Of a stretch of DNA of 64,000 bases, positions 39,701 to 51,550 are shown piece after piece; the first letter of the stretch is position 1, and each line of letters starts with the position of its first letter. The stretch is taken from the NCBI RefSeq assembly GCF_001194135.2, contig NC_069001.1, forward strand, positions 33,832,227-33,896,226. The letters are read 5' to 3'. The DNA is from Octopus bimaculoides (lineage: Eukaryota). Both the position numbers and the translations under genes were made by a program. The notes beneath the pieces are model-generated. The model ran no database searches. It was given only the letters and a program-made list of their open reading frames with translations, and was not told where the DNA came from.

Positions 39701-39735
<35 letters not shown>

Positions 39736-39900
39736 GGCAGTGAGCTGGCAGAATCGTTAGCACACTGGTTGAAATGCTTAGTATTTCATCTGTCGGCATG
39801 TCCTAAGTTTAAATGCCACAGGGGTCAATAAAATAAGTTCCACTTGAGTACTGGGGTTGATGTAATCAGCTATACCCCTCCTGAAAATTTCAGGCCTTGT

Positions 39901-40183
39901 ATATTTTACAGAAAATAAAGTAAATCTCGAATTCAGAATAGCTGTGAAAAAGCTTAGAAGATATATTAAATATTTCTAGAAGATGGAAAAAAATGGTCAG
40001 ACTATGGCTACAGATAATTTAACCCTCTACTTCTCAGAGCTGGTATCTGGGAGGTATAGGGTTCGATTCTCTGTAGCCATCTACTGGCCACTTTTTCTGT
40101 CTTCTAAGGGTATCTAATCTATCTTCTAAGCTGTTTTCACAGCTTTTCTGTGTTTGAGATATATTTTATTTTCTGTAAAATAT
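39901..40183. repeat. Imperfect fold-back element with about 138-bp arms and a 7-nt loop (MITE-like)
   Basis: 39901-40038 aligns end to end with the reverse complement of 40046-40183. Confidence 0.9.
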
Positions 40184-40639
40184 TTATATATATGTACATA
40201 TGTATATGAGACAGTGCTTCAGCATGGCCTTGATCAAGATGGCTAAAACAAAATGAAGACCTAAAGAATATATATGCATACATATGAGACCCTAGTTTAC
40301 TTCTTGTACAGAAGCATGCTCCTCTATTTGTTTTGGAGTTCTCTATTCTAAACACATCAGTCAAAACTTATTTACTTGTCTCGTCCACTATAATACAGAT
40401 GACAACTCATGACACCTGCCACCCACTAACTTCCTCTAATCATTCTGACATTTTGATTGACACTATTATCAATATACATATGAGTACCTCTTTTTTAAAC
40501 TGGTATTTTCTAAACCGTTTTTTTTATACATAAGTGCAGAAGTCACATTTACTTTAAATCACAAAGTGTGGTGCAGCCATTCTTTTATTGTAATTTTTTG
40601 AGTTTGGGGCAAGCGAAAGCGAAATCGTGATGGCACCTG

Positions 40640-40987
40640 TTCCCAGCGTCGCCTTTCTGGCACTTGTACTGGTGGCACATGTAAAGACTTTCGAGCGAGA
40701 TTGTTGCCAGTGCCGCTGGACTGGCTCTTGTGCAGGTGGCACGTAAAATACACCATTTTGAGCGTGGCTGTTGCCAGTATCGCCTGACTGGCCTTCGTGC
40801 CGGTGGCACGTAAAAGCACCCACTACACTCTCAGAGTGGTTGGCGTTAGGAAGGGCATCCAGCTGTAGAAACTCTGCCAAATCAGATTGGAGCCTGGTGT
40901 AGCCATCTGGTTTCACCAGTCCTCAGTCAAATCGTCCAACCCATGCTAGCATGGAAAGCGGACGGTAAACGACGATGATGATGATGA
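40640..40987 (+). mobile_element. SINE family C (GGTGGCACGTAAAAGCACC..AGGAAGGGCATCCAGC..(GAT)n tail) with tandem internal 5' units
   Basis: Three related ggtggcac(g/a)t units precede the body. Other copies at 345-570, 8405-8570, 11345-11520, 36290-36380, 56330-56415(-), 58165-58465. Confidence 0.85.
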
Positions 40988-41368
40988 AGCTAAATTGCAT
41001 GATGAAACCTGATTTCATAACTTGATATCTTATTTACTTCATTTTTGTATTTCGTTTGCAAGCGAGAGAACTCAACAAGTCATTGAAAAAGTTGTGAATA
41101 GTGTTGGAAGGACTTTGACTAATGAACAAACAACAGACTAATAAGTGTTTAACCAACACATTAATCAAACAATGGATTAGTTGGTGAAATATTTAACCAA
41201 TTGACTAACAATAAAGAAATGGAAGTGAACCTGTGTGTGTGTTATTGGCATATTGACTCTCCCAAGACACAACAAAATGGCTTATTTTACAGTTCTATAT
41301 TTAAGAGACGAGGAATTATGTACATTATTTACATTTGACAGATATTTGTCCTCATCTTGTTTGTTGTT

Positions 41369-41414
41369 AACACAACGTTTTGGCTGATATACCCTCCAGC
41401 CTTCTTCAGGTGTC
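41369..41414 (-). ncRNA. Minimal Type I hammerhead ribozyme motif, copy C; G12>A, ACGU palindrome intact
   Basis: Minus strand reads gacac-ctgaaga-a-ggctg-gagggtatat-cagcc-aaaacgt-t-gtgtt. Confidence 0.7.
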
Positions 41415-41672
41415 TTGGGGAAATTTCGAACCTGGGTTCTCATTCCTGAGGTATTCTTCGATGTTGTGATTGTTGCTGTTGTCGTTGTTGTTGCTGTTAT
41501 TGTTGTTGTTGCTGTTATTGTTGTTGTTGCTGTTACTGTTGTTGTTGCTGCTGCTGCTGCTGTTGTTGTTCAGGTCACCTGATTCCGAGTTCAATTCCAA
41601 GCAGTGACCTGAACAATAATAACATTGAAAAATACCTTAGGAATGAGAACCCAGATTTTAGATTTTCCCCAA

Positions 41673-41714
41673 GACACCTGAAGAAGGCTGGAGGGTATAT
41701 CAGCTGAAACGTTG
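41673..41714 (+). ncRNA. Minimal Type I hammerhead ribozyme motif, copy D; catalytic core intact, 3' strand of stem I missing
   Basis: gacac-ctgaaga-a-ggctg-gagggtatat-cagct-gaa-acgt-t-g. CUGAAGA and GAAAC are both intact; similarity to the other copies stops at 41714. Confidence 0.7.
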
Positions 41715-42242
41715 CTTCAAAATGTTGTTGATTGTCCTTTGATGAAGCCTCATGCACAAGCTGATGAATTTTCTCCACATTTCTGGGGGGNNNNNNNNNN
41801 NNNNNNNNNNNNNNNNNNNNNNNNNNNNNNNNNNNNNGGGGGGGGGGGTGACACTTGTGGCAGGTCTTCCAGATTGCTCATCATCTTCCAGGGATGTTCT
41901 TCCACTTTTGAAGCACCCATGCCTCTGGAAACATTGTACATGAACCATTGCCTCATTGCCATAAGCTTGCTGAAGAATACTCGATGTCTCCGTAGCAGAC
42001 TTCTTAAGTTTAACGTAAAATTTCATGTTGGCTCTTTGTTCCAACTTCCTGTCCATGACAAAAATCACAGACCACAGCATACCACAAATTTCACAAAACC
42101 ACAAATTTCACAACTTGTTAAGTAAACACAACACACTACCTCATGAAGGTCACTGCTAGCCCTCACTGCACACACAACCGCATGCTGACATCTGTTGACA
42201 TGCTAGAGACCTAATCCTGGAGCTTTTTGATACCACCTTGAA
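41715..42242 (-). mobile_element. Mariner transposon 5' fragment (transposase N-terminal HTH region plus left TIR), decayed
   Basis: Minus translation MDRKLEQRANMKFYVKLKKSATETSSILQQAYGNEAM..CFKSGRTSLEDDEQSGRPATS matches the mariner N-terminus. TIR-like gagctttttgataccaccttga at about 42220-42242. Confidence 0.85.
41791..41837. other. Assembly gap (N run) within a poly-G tract in the mariner relic
   Basis: N run flanked by G homopolymer. Confidence 1.
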
Positions 42243-42773
42243 TGCACTTGGATGCAAATATGTATGCATGTTTCCATATATGGCTACATGTTTGTGCATA
42301 AATGAACATATTTGTGCATGCATGTACATGTGTAGATTTATACATGCATACTCATATTACCCATGTACATATTCCATAACAATATTTAACTATTGAAATG
42401 TGAAGAAATCAATTCTCATTGATAAGGTTTGCGTGATACTAGAAATAATATCAATCTAGATTAGGTGTTGCATAATGAAGAAAACCAAGTTGATAACCTC
42501 AACTGACAGGATTAATTGAGATTTGTCTAAAATGAATTTGAATTGAGTAGAGATAATTGTTTATAAAATTAATTCAGTGTCAAAAATATCGATTAAAGCA
42601 CAGCTTCACCATAATCTTTGAAAATAATCAAATGTATTCTTGTTTTTGTGTTCCCAGTGAGATCTCATATTGTTATAATTAATATATTTCAAATTTCCAT
42701 ATTGATGCTTAAATACCACATGCATTGCAGATTTGCATAATAGCATATTCTTAATTTGATTGAAAAGATTTGT

Positions 42774-42807
<34 letters not shown>

Positions 42808-45800
42808 TAATTATAAATTTCTCTGATTTTTAGGTGGAGAGCAGGGTTGGTTAATAACATTGACCCTGAGTATGAAAGGCAAAGCTAACCTGGGTGGGAT
42901 TTGAACTCAGAATGTAAAGGTCTGGAACAAATACTGCAAAGCAGCTTTTCCGATGTTCTAATGATTCCGAAGGCTTCTTGCCGCCGCCGCCGCTCAACTG
43001 GTACTTTATCAACCTTGACAGGATGAAAGGCAAAGTTGACCTTGACAGAGATTGAACTCAGAGATTGAGTTTACCTTTCATCATTTTGGGATTGATGAAC
43101 ACTGGGGTCGTTGTAATCGACTCAGCCCCTCCCCCAAAATTGCTGCACTTGTGGCAAAATTTGAAACCACTATTATATACATCTGCCAATATCTAATACT
43201 TTTTCCCTGTTTTAATTTGCATGTTATTTATCATTGTATTTCCCATTTCATGGATGCATCCTTGTTGCTTCTTTATTAGTAACATCAACCATGTACCTGT
43301 TGATCTCTTTACTGCATCTAAGGCATTTTCTTTGTCATTTAAAGGCATCAGAGATCATTGAATGGGAGAACTGTAAAGCTTCCTTCAGGCTGGCTAATGA
43401 TTCTCGCTTTAATTTCAGAATCTTGTGACTCCTTCCTCTGTCTTTTGCTTGGTATATTGGCAGATGAAGTTTTTCTTCTGCATGACATCTTTGCGAGTGG
43501 TAAATCTGCAGAAACTGAGATGTAAGTGATGGAGTATAAACTGATGCTGAGCAAAGATATAGGAGAAAATGACTATCAAATGCCACACGGAAATCTTTTG
43601 TACAGCAAATGGCAAATATCTTTAAATGAATCAGCAGAAAGCTTCTTGATGGCTCTTTCAATTGCAGGAAATAGTTGCCACATTTGCCTCAAGTTTCAAA
43701 CTACCTTAAAAACAGTAAATAGAAAAACTAGGTCACTTTGGGTAATGTTATCTTAGATAATAGACTGTCTGAAAATAGAAAGAACCTGACTTAAGTGCTT
43801 TTGATCTAAGATCTCAGTAGGGGCTAACCTGGGGCTACACAACAAACTAACAGTTCACAAATTGCTAAGTGAAAGTGGCAATTAATGAGAATAATGCAAT
43901 TAAGAAGAAGATGGAGGCAATAAGAAGTTTCTATAAAGATAAGTAAAATAAGGCAGATTAATTTTGAATGAGAGTTGTAGAAAGTGTGTTGAAAACGGAA
44001 AGATAAATGGAGTGTGTAGATAACAGAAAGTTAGAAATAAGAGATGAAGAGAAGCTCTGAATGAAGTAGTATGGTTTGTATTAGAGAGAAAGTAGAGATG
44101 AGGAGTATGAAACAGCAAGCATGAGTTGTTATATAAAGTCTTTGTTAGGAGGGAGAGGGAAAGACCAGAAGGTTATTGTGAGAGATATAAGAAAAACAAA
44201 ATGTATGAAGGAATAGCTAGAGATGTTACACTTGATACGAGAGAGAGAGAGAGAGCAAGTGCATGTGTGTGTATGTGAGAGGAAGAGAATGTATGTATAT
44301 ATATATATATATATATATATAAGCATGTGCATATTTGCCAAGGAGAGAAGAACAGTCAGAAAATCTCTTAGTGTGTGCGGAAGAGAAAAAGGAAAGTTAC
44401 TAAGTAAAGAAATTTCATTGAAATTCTTTTGATAACTTTATCAGCATACAGATATAATTGAGTTGAGTATATACATATGTATTTGTCTCTTTATCTCAAT
44501 AATTGCTCTTAGATGTAAGACAGTGAATATACAGCAACACTAATGGAAGAGCATAGGGTGAAATATCTAATATTTGATTCTCTCCTTTAACGTTTTGAAT
44601 TTGTGGTGCACTAAAGTTGACGTTAGACTCTCTTTTTGCTTTCAATAAAATATACATAATGTACTGATTCACTTATCCATGATCTTGTGATTTGACAAAA
44701 AGCACAAAATCTTAGTTGAAAACTATTTCACTTCACTTAGATTTTTATTACCCTTGGGAAAGGCAAGAACATCATAACTTCCTGTTTCTTCACTTTCTTA
44801 ATCTAGTCCTGTTGTCTAGACAAAGAATGAGGCATCATTTTAGCAATAGGTGTGACTTATAAGTTCATAAGAACCTGTAGAGACACATCTGTGTTGCAAA
44901 AAATAATGAATCTTTAATTTTACAAATTGATAGTTATGCAACTTGTATTAAATTACTGTTTTCGTTTTAAGGCTTAAACTATTCTTTTACATGTGGTTTT
45001 TTAGAGACTTTGTCAGCAGGTGGCTTTAAATTTGAATACTGGCAAAAGACAACAATTATTTGTAGAATTACTTCCCCATCTCTCTCTTCTCAAGTTATTT
45101 CTATGTCTGTCTGTCTGTCTGCATGTGTGCTGGCCTCTCTTTCTCTGTCTTCTCACCTACCTCTATGTCTGTCTGCTTTTATGCCTGTGTCTATGCACAT
45201 ATATACATGTGTGTCTGTCTGTCTGTCTCTCTATATCTAACCATATGTATAGGCCCCCTTATGTCCATCCACCCATACATCTATCCACACCCTCCCATAT
45301 TTCCGCCCACATTCCCCTCATGCTTTTTACCTCTCTTACCTACCAAGAACAACTTCTTTCTTTGTCTTCTTTCAATATCTACATCTTTCATCTCTAACCC
45401 TCCACCTAATTTGTGTCAACTGTTTTCTTATAACCTACCTCGTTTTTCTTCTCCTTTTCAAACCTTTCTTTCTTCTCCTCCCATTTTAACCAGAAAACTG
45501 TTTCCCATCTGTCACTGTCTATTTTATGAAATTCTACTTCCTATATTCATTTTTCGTTACTGTCCTCTCTCTGCAATAAGCCTCTCTCTCTCTCTCTCAC
45601 CTTTCTCATCTCACTCCATCTTCTCAATAATAGTTTTAACCACTCATTTACATTACTCAATAGCTTCTCATTCTTTTGCTTTCTGTTTTACTCAATATCT
45701 TATTTTACCCTTCTCTCTTTCTATCAATGGACATTACTCCATTTCTCTCTTTCCCACTTGTTCAGCCTTTCATTCTCTCTCTTTCTCACTATAAAATCCC

Positions 45801-46873
45801 AAAACCCCGCAATTTTAACAATTGTTAGATTACTATTGCTCCATACAGTGCTAAATTAAACCACATTGTATTAGACAGTAGTGAGTTGTCTTACAATGTT
45901 ACACAAACACTTTCACTTCCACATCGACATTAGCATTTCTTTTTTTAGCCATTCAATAATATTTTAGAGATAAAAAAGAAAACATCAAAGTATTTTCTCA
46001 TCTATTATTTCTAATAACCCAGAAAAAAAAGGAAAGCAACAAAAACTCTAACAACACAATTAAAATGCTTAAATGTCACAAGACTTAGTCATCTTTAATG
46101 TAATAAAATTTAAAAATAAAAATAAAAGAAGATCTATTCAACAGTAACTGTAGTCTCAACAACATTGATATGCTTCATTTAACTTGCAACTGACACAAAC
46201 TACTGTGTATTTTTGATGTTAAAGTAATTTGTAATGTTCTCTAAGATTGAGCAAGATACAAGTCTAGATTCAGGCGTTACGGTCAACATTTTCCTGTCAG
46301 ATTGTAATGCAATGAAAAATATTGGAAGTTTAGTTTCCATTACTTGATTTATAGTTTAGAGATGGAATATTGATTATAATCTTTCTTTTGATAAAAGAAA
46401 GAACAAGTCAATCACTTCATGTAAGAGGGAATGATTTCATAATAACAAACAAGTTCATAGATAGATATCAGTGTTGCTAGGTTTAACATTTACTCTTCTC
46501 CCCTTATACTGGTTTTCAGTAAATGGACTGTAGCCATACTGGGATACCACCTTTTAGCGTTTGCACTGTAATATCCACCCCAGTACTTATTTTAGTCTGG
46601 TACTCATTTTATCAATCTTTTTTTACCAAACCACGTACTTGCAGGACATAAATGGATTCAACATTAACACAACACCTGTTGTTTTTTAAATGATATGAAC
46701 ATAAACATAGGCACACACATACACACACGCATGCATGCACACACTCGTGTGCAAGCTGGTACCAGCCTTCCCATGTGGTAGTTTTGATAATTGTTGAGAT
46801 TTCTCTCTACATGAAACCATTGAGTGCCTTGTTAACCCACAAAAAACTCTGTGTATGTATGTATGTATGTATG

Positions 46874-46921
<48 letters not shown>

Positions 46922-46928
<7 letters not shown>

Positions 46929-47020
46929 GTATCAAAAAGTTCCCAGACCGGTTCTATAGTGCACCAATAGATAGCAGCACACAATTACATGCACTGTGAG
47001 TGCTAGCAGTTACATTCATG
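46922..47020 (+). mobile_element. Mariner-type terminal fragment
   Basis: taaggtagtatcaaaaagttcc resembles the TIR at about 42220-42242. Confidence 0.55.
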
Positions 47021-50000
47021 AGGCAGTCTAGGATTGAACCCAGACCCACAATGTCACAAAGTGAACTTAATAACATGATTATGCCTGTTTCTTTTTTACT
47101 TTTGTTTTCTTCCTTGTTATGGGTAGAATAGTTTTTTTTTTTTTATAAATTATGGCCTATTTTGGAGCAAATGCTTTTTTTTTTCTCTTTGCATCTTGAT
47201 GTAATCTAAATGTTAAACATTGTGGGGCAACAAGATGAGGCAGTGAGCACTCTAGGCAAAATGTTAAGCAGCGTTTCATCCGACTTTATGTTCCGAGTTC
47301 AAATTCCATCAAGTCAACTCTGCCTTTCATCTTTTCAGGGTTGATAAAATAAGTACCAGTTGAGCACTGGGGCCAATGTAATTGACTAGCCCCTCACCAA
47401 ATCTCCTGACTTTAATTTGAAGTCAATGTGGTGGCAGAAGGAAGAATAAATATGTTATCATAATGCCAGAACTTCACTGCATTCCTATCAATTGAATTTT
47501 ATTTATTTATTTGTTTATTTGTTATATGAGAAATTAACACCAAATATTAAATATTGGTTTCTAATTTTGGCACCAGGCCAGCAAGTTTGAGGGAGGGGTA
47601 AGTCAATTACATCAACCCCCAGTGTTCAACTGGTACTTATTTTATCGACCCCACCCCCAAAAGGATGAAAGTCAAAGTTGACCTTGGTTGAAATATTGAC
47701 TATTCTTAATGTTGATGTTGAGGGTCTTGATTTTTTTTTTCCTGCTAATATTGATGTTTCAAACCTTATGAAGAATATATCAAATTACCTGTTTTACACT
47801 TTTTCATTATCTTGGATCAAATGTTGTGGCATACATAGTAAAAACCCTGCCGTCTGACTTTATATCCCTCCATAAACTAGGTACCAGTTATATATTGGTT
47901 TCTCACATTGGTACAAAGCCTCAAGTTTGGAAGGGAGGATCTAGCTGATTATATGGCTTTTAGTAGTTGATTGATCATCCTTACTTCTCTATCAGTAATG
48001 TATTAGGAAGGCAAGCCTCAACTATAACTTTCTTTTATAAAACAGGCCCTGCAAGTAAAAAAGTAAAACTTTATCCCCATTTGCAGACTTCTTATAAGAT
48101 AAAACAGATCAATTCCTATTCTCAAGCTTGGCATAGTGGTTAGTAATAAAAACATGTATGAAAATCTTGTTCTTTTGCAAACCAATTTTTGGTTTGGTTT
48201 AGTGAGAACCAATTTCTTTTCTGTTGGTGTTAAGTAATAAATGGTTCAGATTTAGCTTTAGATGTCGACAAAGCAGGTCACTGACATCCAATGTTACAAT
48301 TTCACTTCTGTAAGAAATATCGACTTAGTTTACATTTCTTAAAAGGTCATTTGAATCACAGTTTGGTTGCTGTATGTTCTGAGTGTATTGGTTTTTCACA
48401 TTTTAAAGGTAACTTTCTAGAACTTTTCTTTATATCACTCTCAGAGGGTGAATACAAATGTTTTGAACTATTGTGGGATTGGAGATGACTTGAAGAGATA
48501 AAAATCTTTGGTATTGATTGATAATTTCTGGTATTGATACTTGTGTTATATCAGTTCTCTTTTTATAGTTATGTATTCTGAATCCAGAATATTAACTCTA
48601 CACTATTCTTTGATAATGTTTAAGAATTTGCATATGCAATCTTTAGAATGTATATATTAATGTCTTTGTTCAGATCCATCCCCAGACATAGCTGGTTTTA
48701 TTAATTCACAAAAAAAAAAAAGCTGTATAATCTTTCTTTTTTCTTTACTTTATCAATTGATATTACCAAGTATCATATGCTACTAGAATTTATTTTTCCT
48801 TATTAAGTTGTTGAGATGCTAGTTTATTTGAAGAATTTGAGACATATAGTGCAAACAATAAGATAACAAGCCATTGAAAACTGCTATACTAGATTCTTTA
48901 ACTTAGTAGAAATAACTACTAAATCTTCCTCAAACCATATCCTAAGAAAGAAAAGAACACATTGGATATTTAGTCTGAGAGAAATTTTGACTCAATAAAT
49001 AATGGTATAGTCACAGTTCAAATGCTTTTGCTTACAAATCTGAAAAACTTGCAAACTGTGTGATGCAAGTGGAAGTGGCCTGCAGAAGTGACCAGTTTCT
49101 GCTTTTGCTCACAATTTAACCTGTATCATCATCATCATCTTTTAATGTCCTCTTTTCCATGTTTGCATAAGTCTGATGAAATTCCTTGAGTCAGATTTTC
49201 TACAGCCAGATCTTCTTCCTGTCACCTATTCTCACTTGCTTCCAAACAAGACAATATTTTCCCCTAATCCTTTGAACACAAATAACACAATAGTTGAGTA
49301 TTTTCATGAAAGATTGCAAATGCAATGTCATTACTTGTATGATGGTGGTGTTCTTTTACAATTAGCATTCAATGTCAAGACTAGGAGACATAAACACACA
49401 CACATATACACACACTCCTTATGTTTCCATCAAGTAAATCCAAAATCCAAATGGGATTCTTCGTTCCAAATTTAGTTGACACGGAGCTGTAGTAGAAGAC
49501 ACTCACTGATGGTGCTGCACACTGAGACTGAACTTGAAAGCTCATGGTTGAAAAGTGAACTTCTTAACAACATAGCCATGCTTGTACTATTTATTATGTT
49601 ATATATACTTATGTGTGTAGATACACACACATATACTTGCGTGCGTGTGTGTGCATGCACACACGGGTGTGTATGGGTGTGGGGTGGTGTGGATGTGGGT
49701 GGGTGTGGTTGTATGAGTGTGTGTGTGGGTGTGCATTATAAATAAACGTTATGTCCTTTCAGCACATTAGATCTTTGAAATAGTAACTTTTGATCATCAA
49801 CTGACCTACATGAGCTGAAACCGTATAATTCTTTGTGTCTCTGTGTTGATACATGACTCAAGAGTCCATGATCAATACTTCAATAGATTTCCACACAAGG
49901 TTTTCATATCAGCCAAGCTCTGAGATAGACAACTTTATTAATTTAACAGGATCTAGTCATTTCGATTCTAATTAAACAGACGCATTTTTCACATGGAAAA

Positions 50001-50703
50001 TAATATCACTTAATAAATATTTCTGTTGAAACAGAAATTAACAATTTATATGGAATTCCTTTTAAAATTTCGGAGATGTTCTAGCGCTGTACTTTTCTTC
50101 ATAACGTCATCCATTGCTCCACAGTATTGGTGTCATTGCTGGCCTATTATTGCACTTTCTCTCTACAGAGTTGAAAAGAACTATTCAAATGTATTCAGTC
50201 AGCCATACATAACACACAATATGGTTCCAATCAATATGGTGTCTTTGATATCAAGCATTACTTACTATTTATTGCAATAGTTTATTTATAGTACACAGCT
50301 AGTTTCCACTACAGTGACTACTATGCTTCACTTAAAATATATAAATTTACAAGTAGTATATTGGTTGTATTGTTTAAGCTACTAAATTATCTTTTGTAGT
50401 TACTATGTGGACATGATTTAAGTCATTGCCTGGCTTTCCTTACTGCTTAATTCATATACATTCCTAGAGATGAGCCAATAAGGTTGCCTCTCTGTGGTCA
50501 CTTAACCTGTTACAAATAGCAGCAAGTCTCCTTAAATCAAATTTTACCCACTTAAAAAAATGTAGGGCAAGATTGGATAATGTAGGGCTAGATTAAGTTG
50601 AATGGTCAGAAATGGAGTGTCTTTTATCATAGATCTGCTTGATCAAGCTGACTTGGGACTAAACGACAACAATGTTCAACATCTGAGCCTTTCTGCTATG
50701 AAG

Positions 50704-50821
50704 CTTTTTAATTTCCCTTGCTGCCATTTGCTTCATTGTCGACTGGTCGTTGGTGCCCTTTACTCTGCTTCTCTCAGTTCCTGCTTCATGTATCTTCCTC
50801 ATGGGATTGATGGTTTACTTT
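50704..50821 (+). CDS. Candidate hydrophobic exon FLISLAAICFIVDWSLVPFTLLLSVPASCIFLMGLMVYF
   Basis: Open frame between tgaag| and |gtaaca, retained CpGs, two TM-like stretches; weak acceptor. Confidence 0.25.
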
Positions 50822-50884
50822 GTAACAGTGGTTCTCAATCGGGGTCCTTATGACCTTTGGGGGTCAATATAAGATTTTATTGTT

Positions 50885-51095
50885 TACCCTTTAGCATTTT
50901 AACTGGCCATGTCTGGCCAAAAATATTCTACCTGTTTTATGTTCAAACTGGACAGATCTGGTCTCTCACACTTAGTGTACAACATCATTTGAAAAATAAA
51001 CAGTTGCATCATTGAAATTTCAAATCTATGAGAGAAATACATGATCAATTCAAAATAATATGAATAGACAAGATAGTCTGAATGTTATCAGGTTA
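50885..51095 (+). mobile_element. piggyBac-type MITE (CCCTTTAGCATT family)
   Basis: Begins accctttagcatttt, ends gaatgttatcaggttaa; inverse copy at 61627-61846. Confidence 0.65.
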
Positions 51096-51309
51096 ACATT
51101 TATGTGCAATAAATTGGTTATATTTCCACAGAGCACAAAATATTTCAACAATTTTTTTACACAATTCCTAATAGTAATTAATTATTGGACAGCTGTGTGA
51201 AAAAGTGTCACACCCTAGCAGTTGAGGGAACCTTAGTATTTTCAAACTTAACCTCATTATTTTATCTTCTTCAGTTTTTCTCTCTTTGAGTATGTTCTAC
51301 CAACAGCAC

Positions 51310-51550
51310 ATAGTTTTTACACACAGCATTCATTGTCCGTTAACACCATATGTCCATATCAATTCTACCTTCCTTGTAAATTTTGGATCATCCAAATAAT
51401 AATATTTAGTTACTTTCTTAACTTTATCCTTAAGCATTCATCTGGTAACGGTCACCTCAAATATTTCTATCTTGTGATTTATCTTCCACAATTAGTGCCA
51501 ATGTTTCACTACAATGCAACATCTTATTTCTTGGACATACTTTTATACTG
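51310..51550 (-). mobile_element. RTE-clade LINE relic (post-RT region)
   Basis: Minus strand ..YKS..ETLAL..RNI*..RMLK..WC*RTMNAVCK resembles RTE YG.ETWAL..RMLR..HV.RM; heavily decayed. Confidence 0.45.

Larger units (their letters stand above)
41289..41714. mobile_element. Second head-to-head inverted pair of the same hammerhead-bearing element, with an expanded (GTT/GCT)n linker
   Basis: Left arm (minus, 41289-41578) and right arm (plus, about 41581-41714) match the 37.8-kb arms. The junction is caggtcac..gattccgagttcaattccaagca..gtgacctg. Confidence 0.85.

Noticed and set aside
40554-40916. 120-aa minus-strand ORF and overlapping ORFs
   Set aside because: Lie within a young family C SINE.
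45123-45794. 223-aa ORF (also 5445-5879)
   Set aside because: Polypyrimidine low-complexity tract that cannot form stops; composition is L/S/F/P only.
49660-49730. G-quadruplex-like G runs (also 63945-63968 on the minus strand)
   Set aside because: Part of a (GT)n-derived microsatellite or MITE end; no independent functional evidence.
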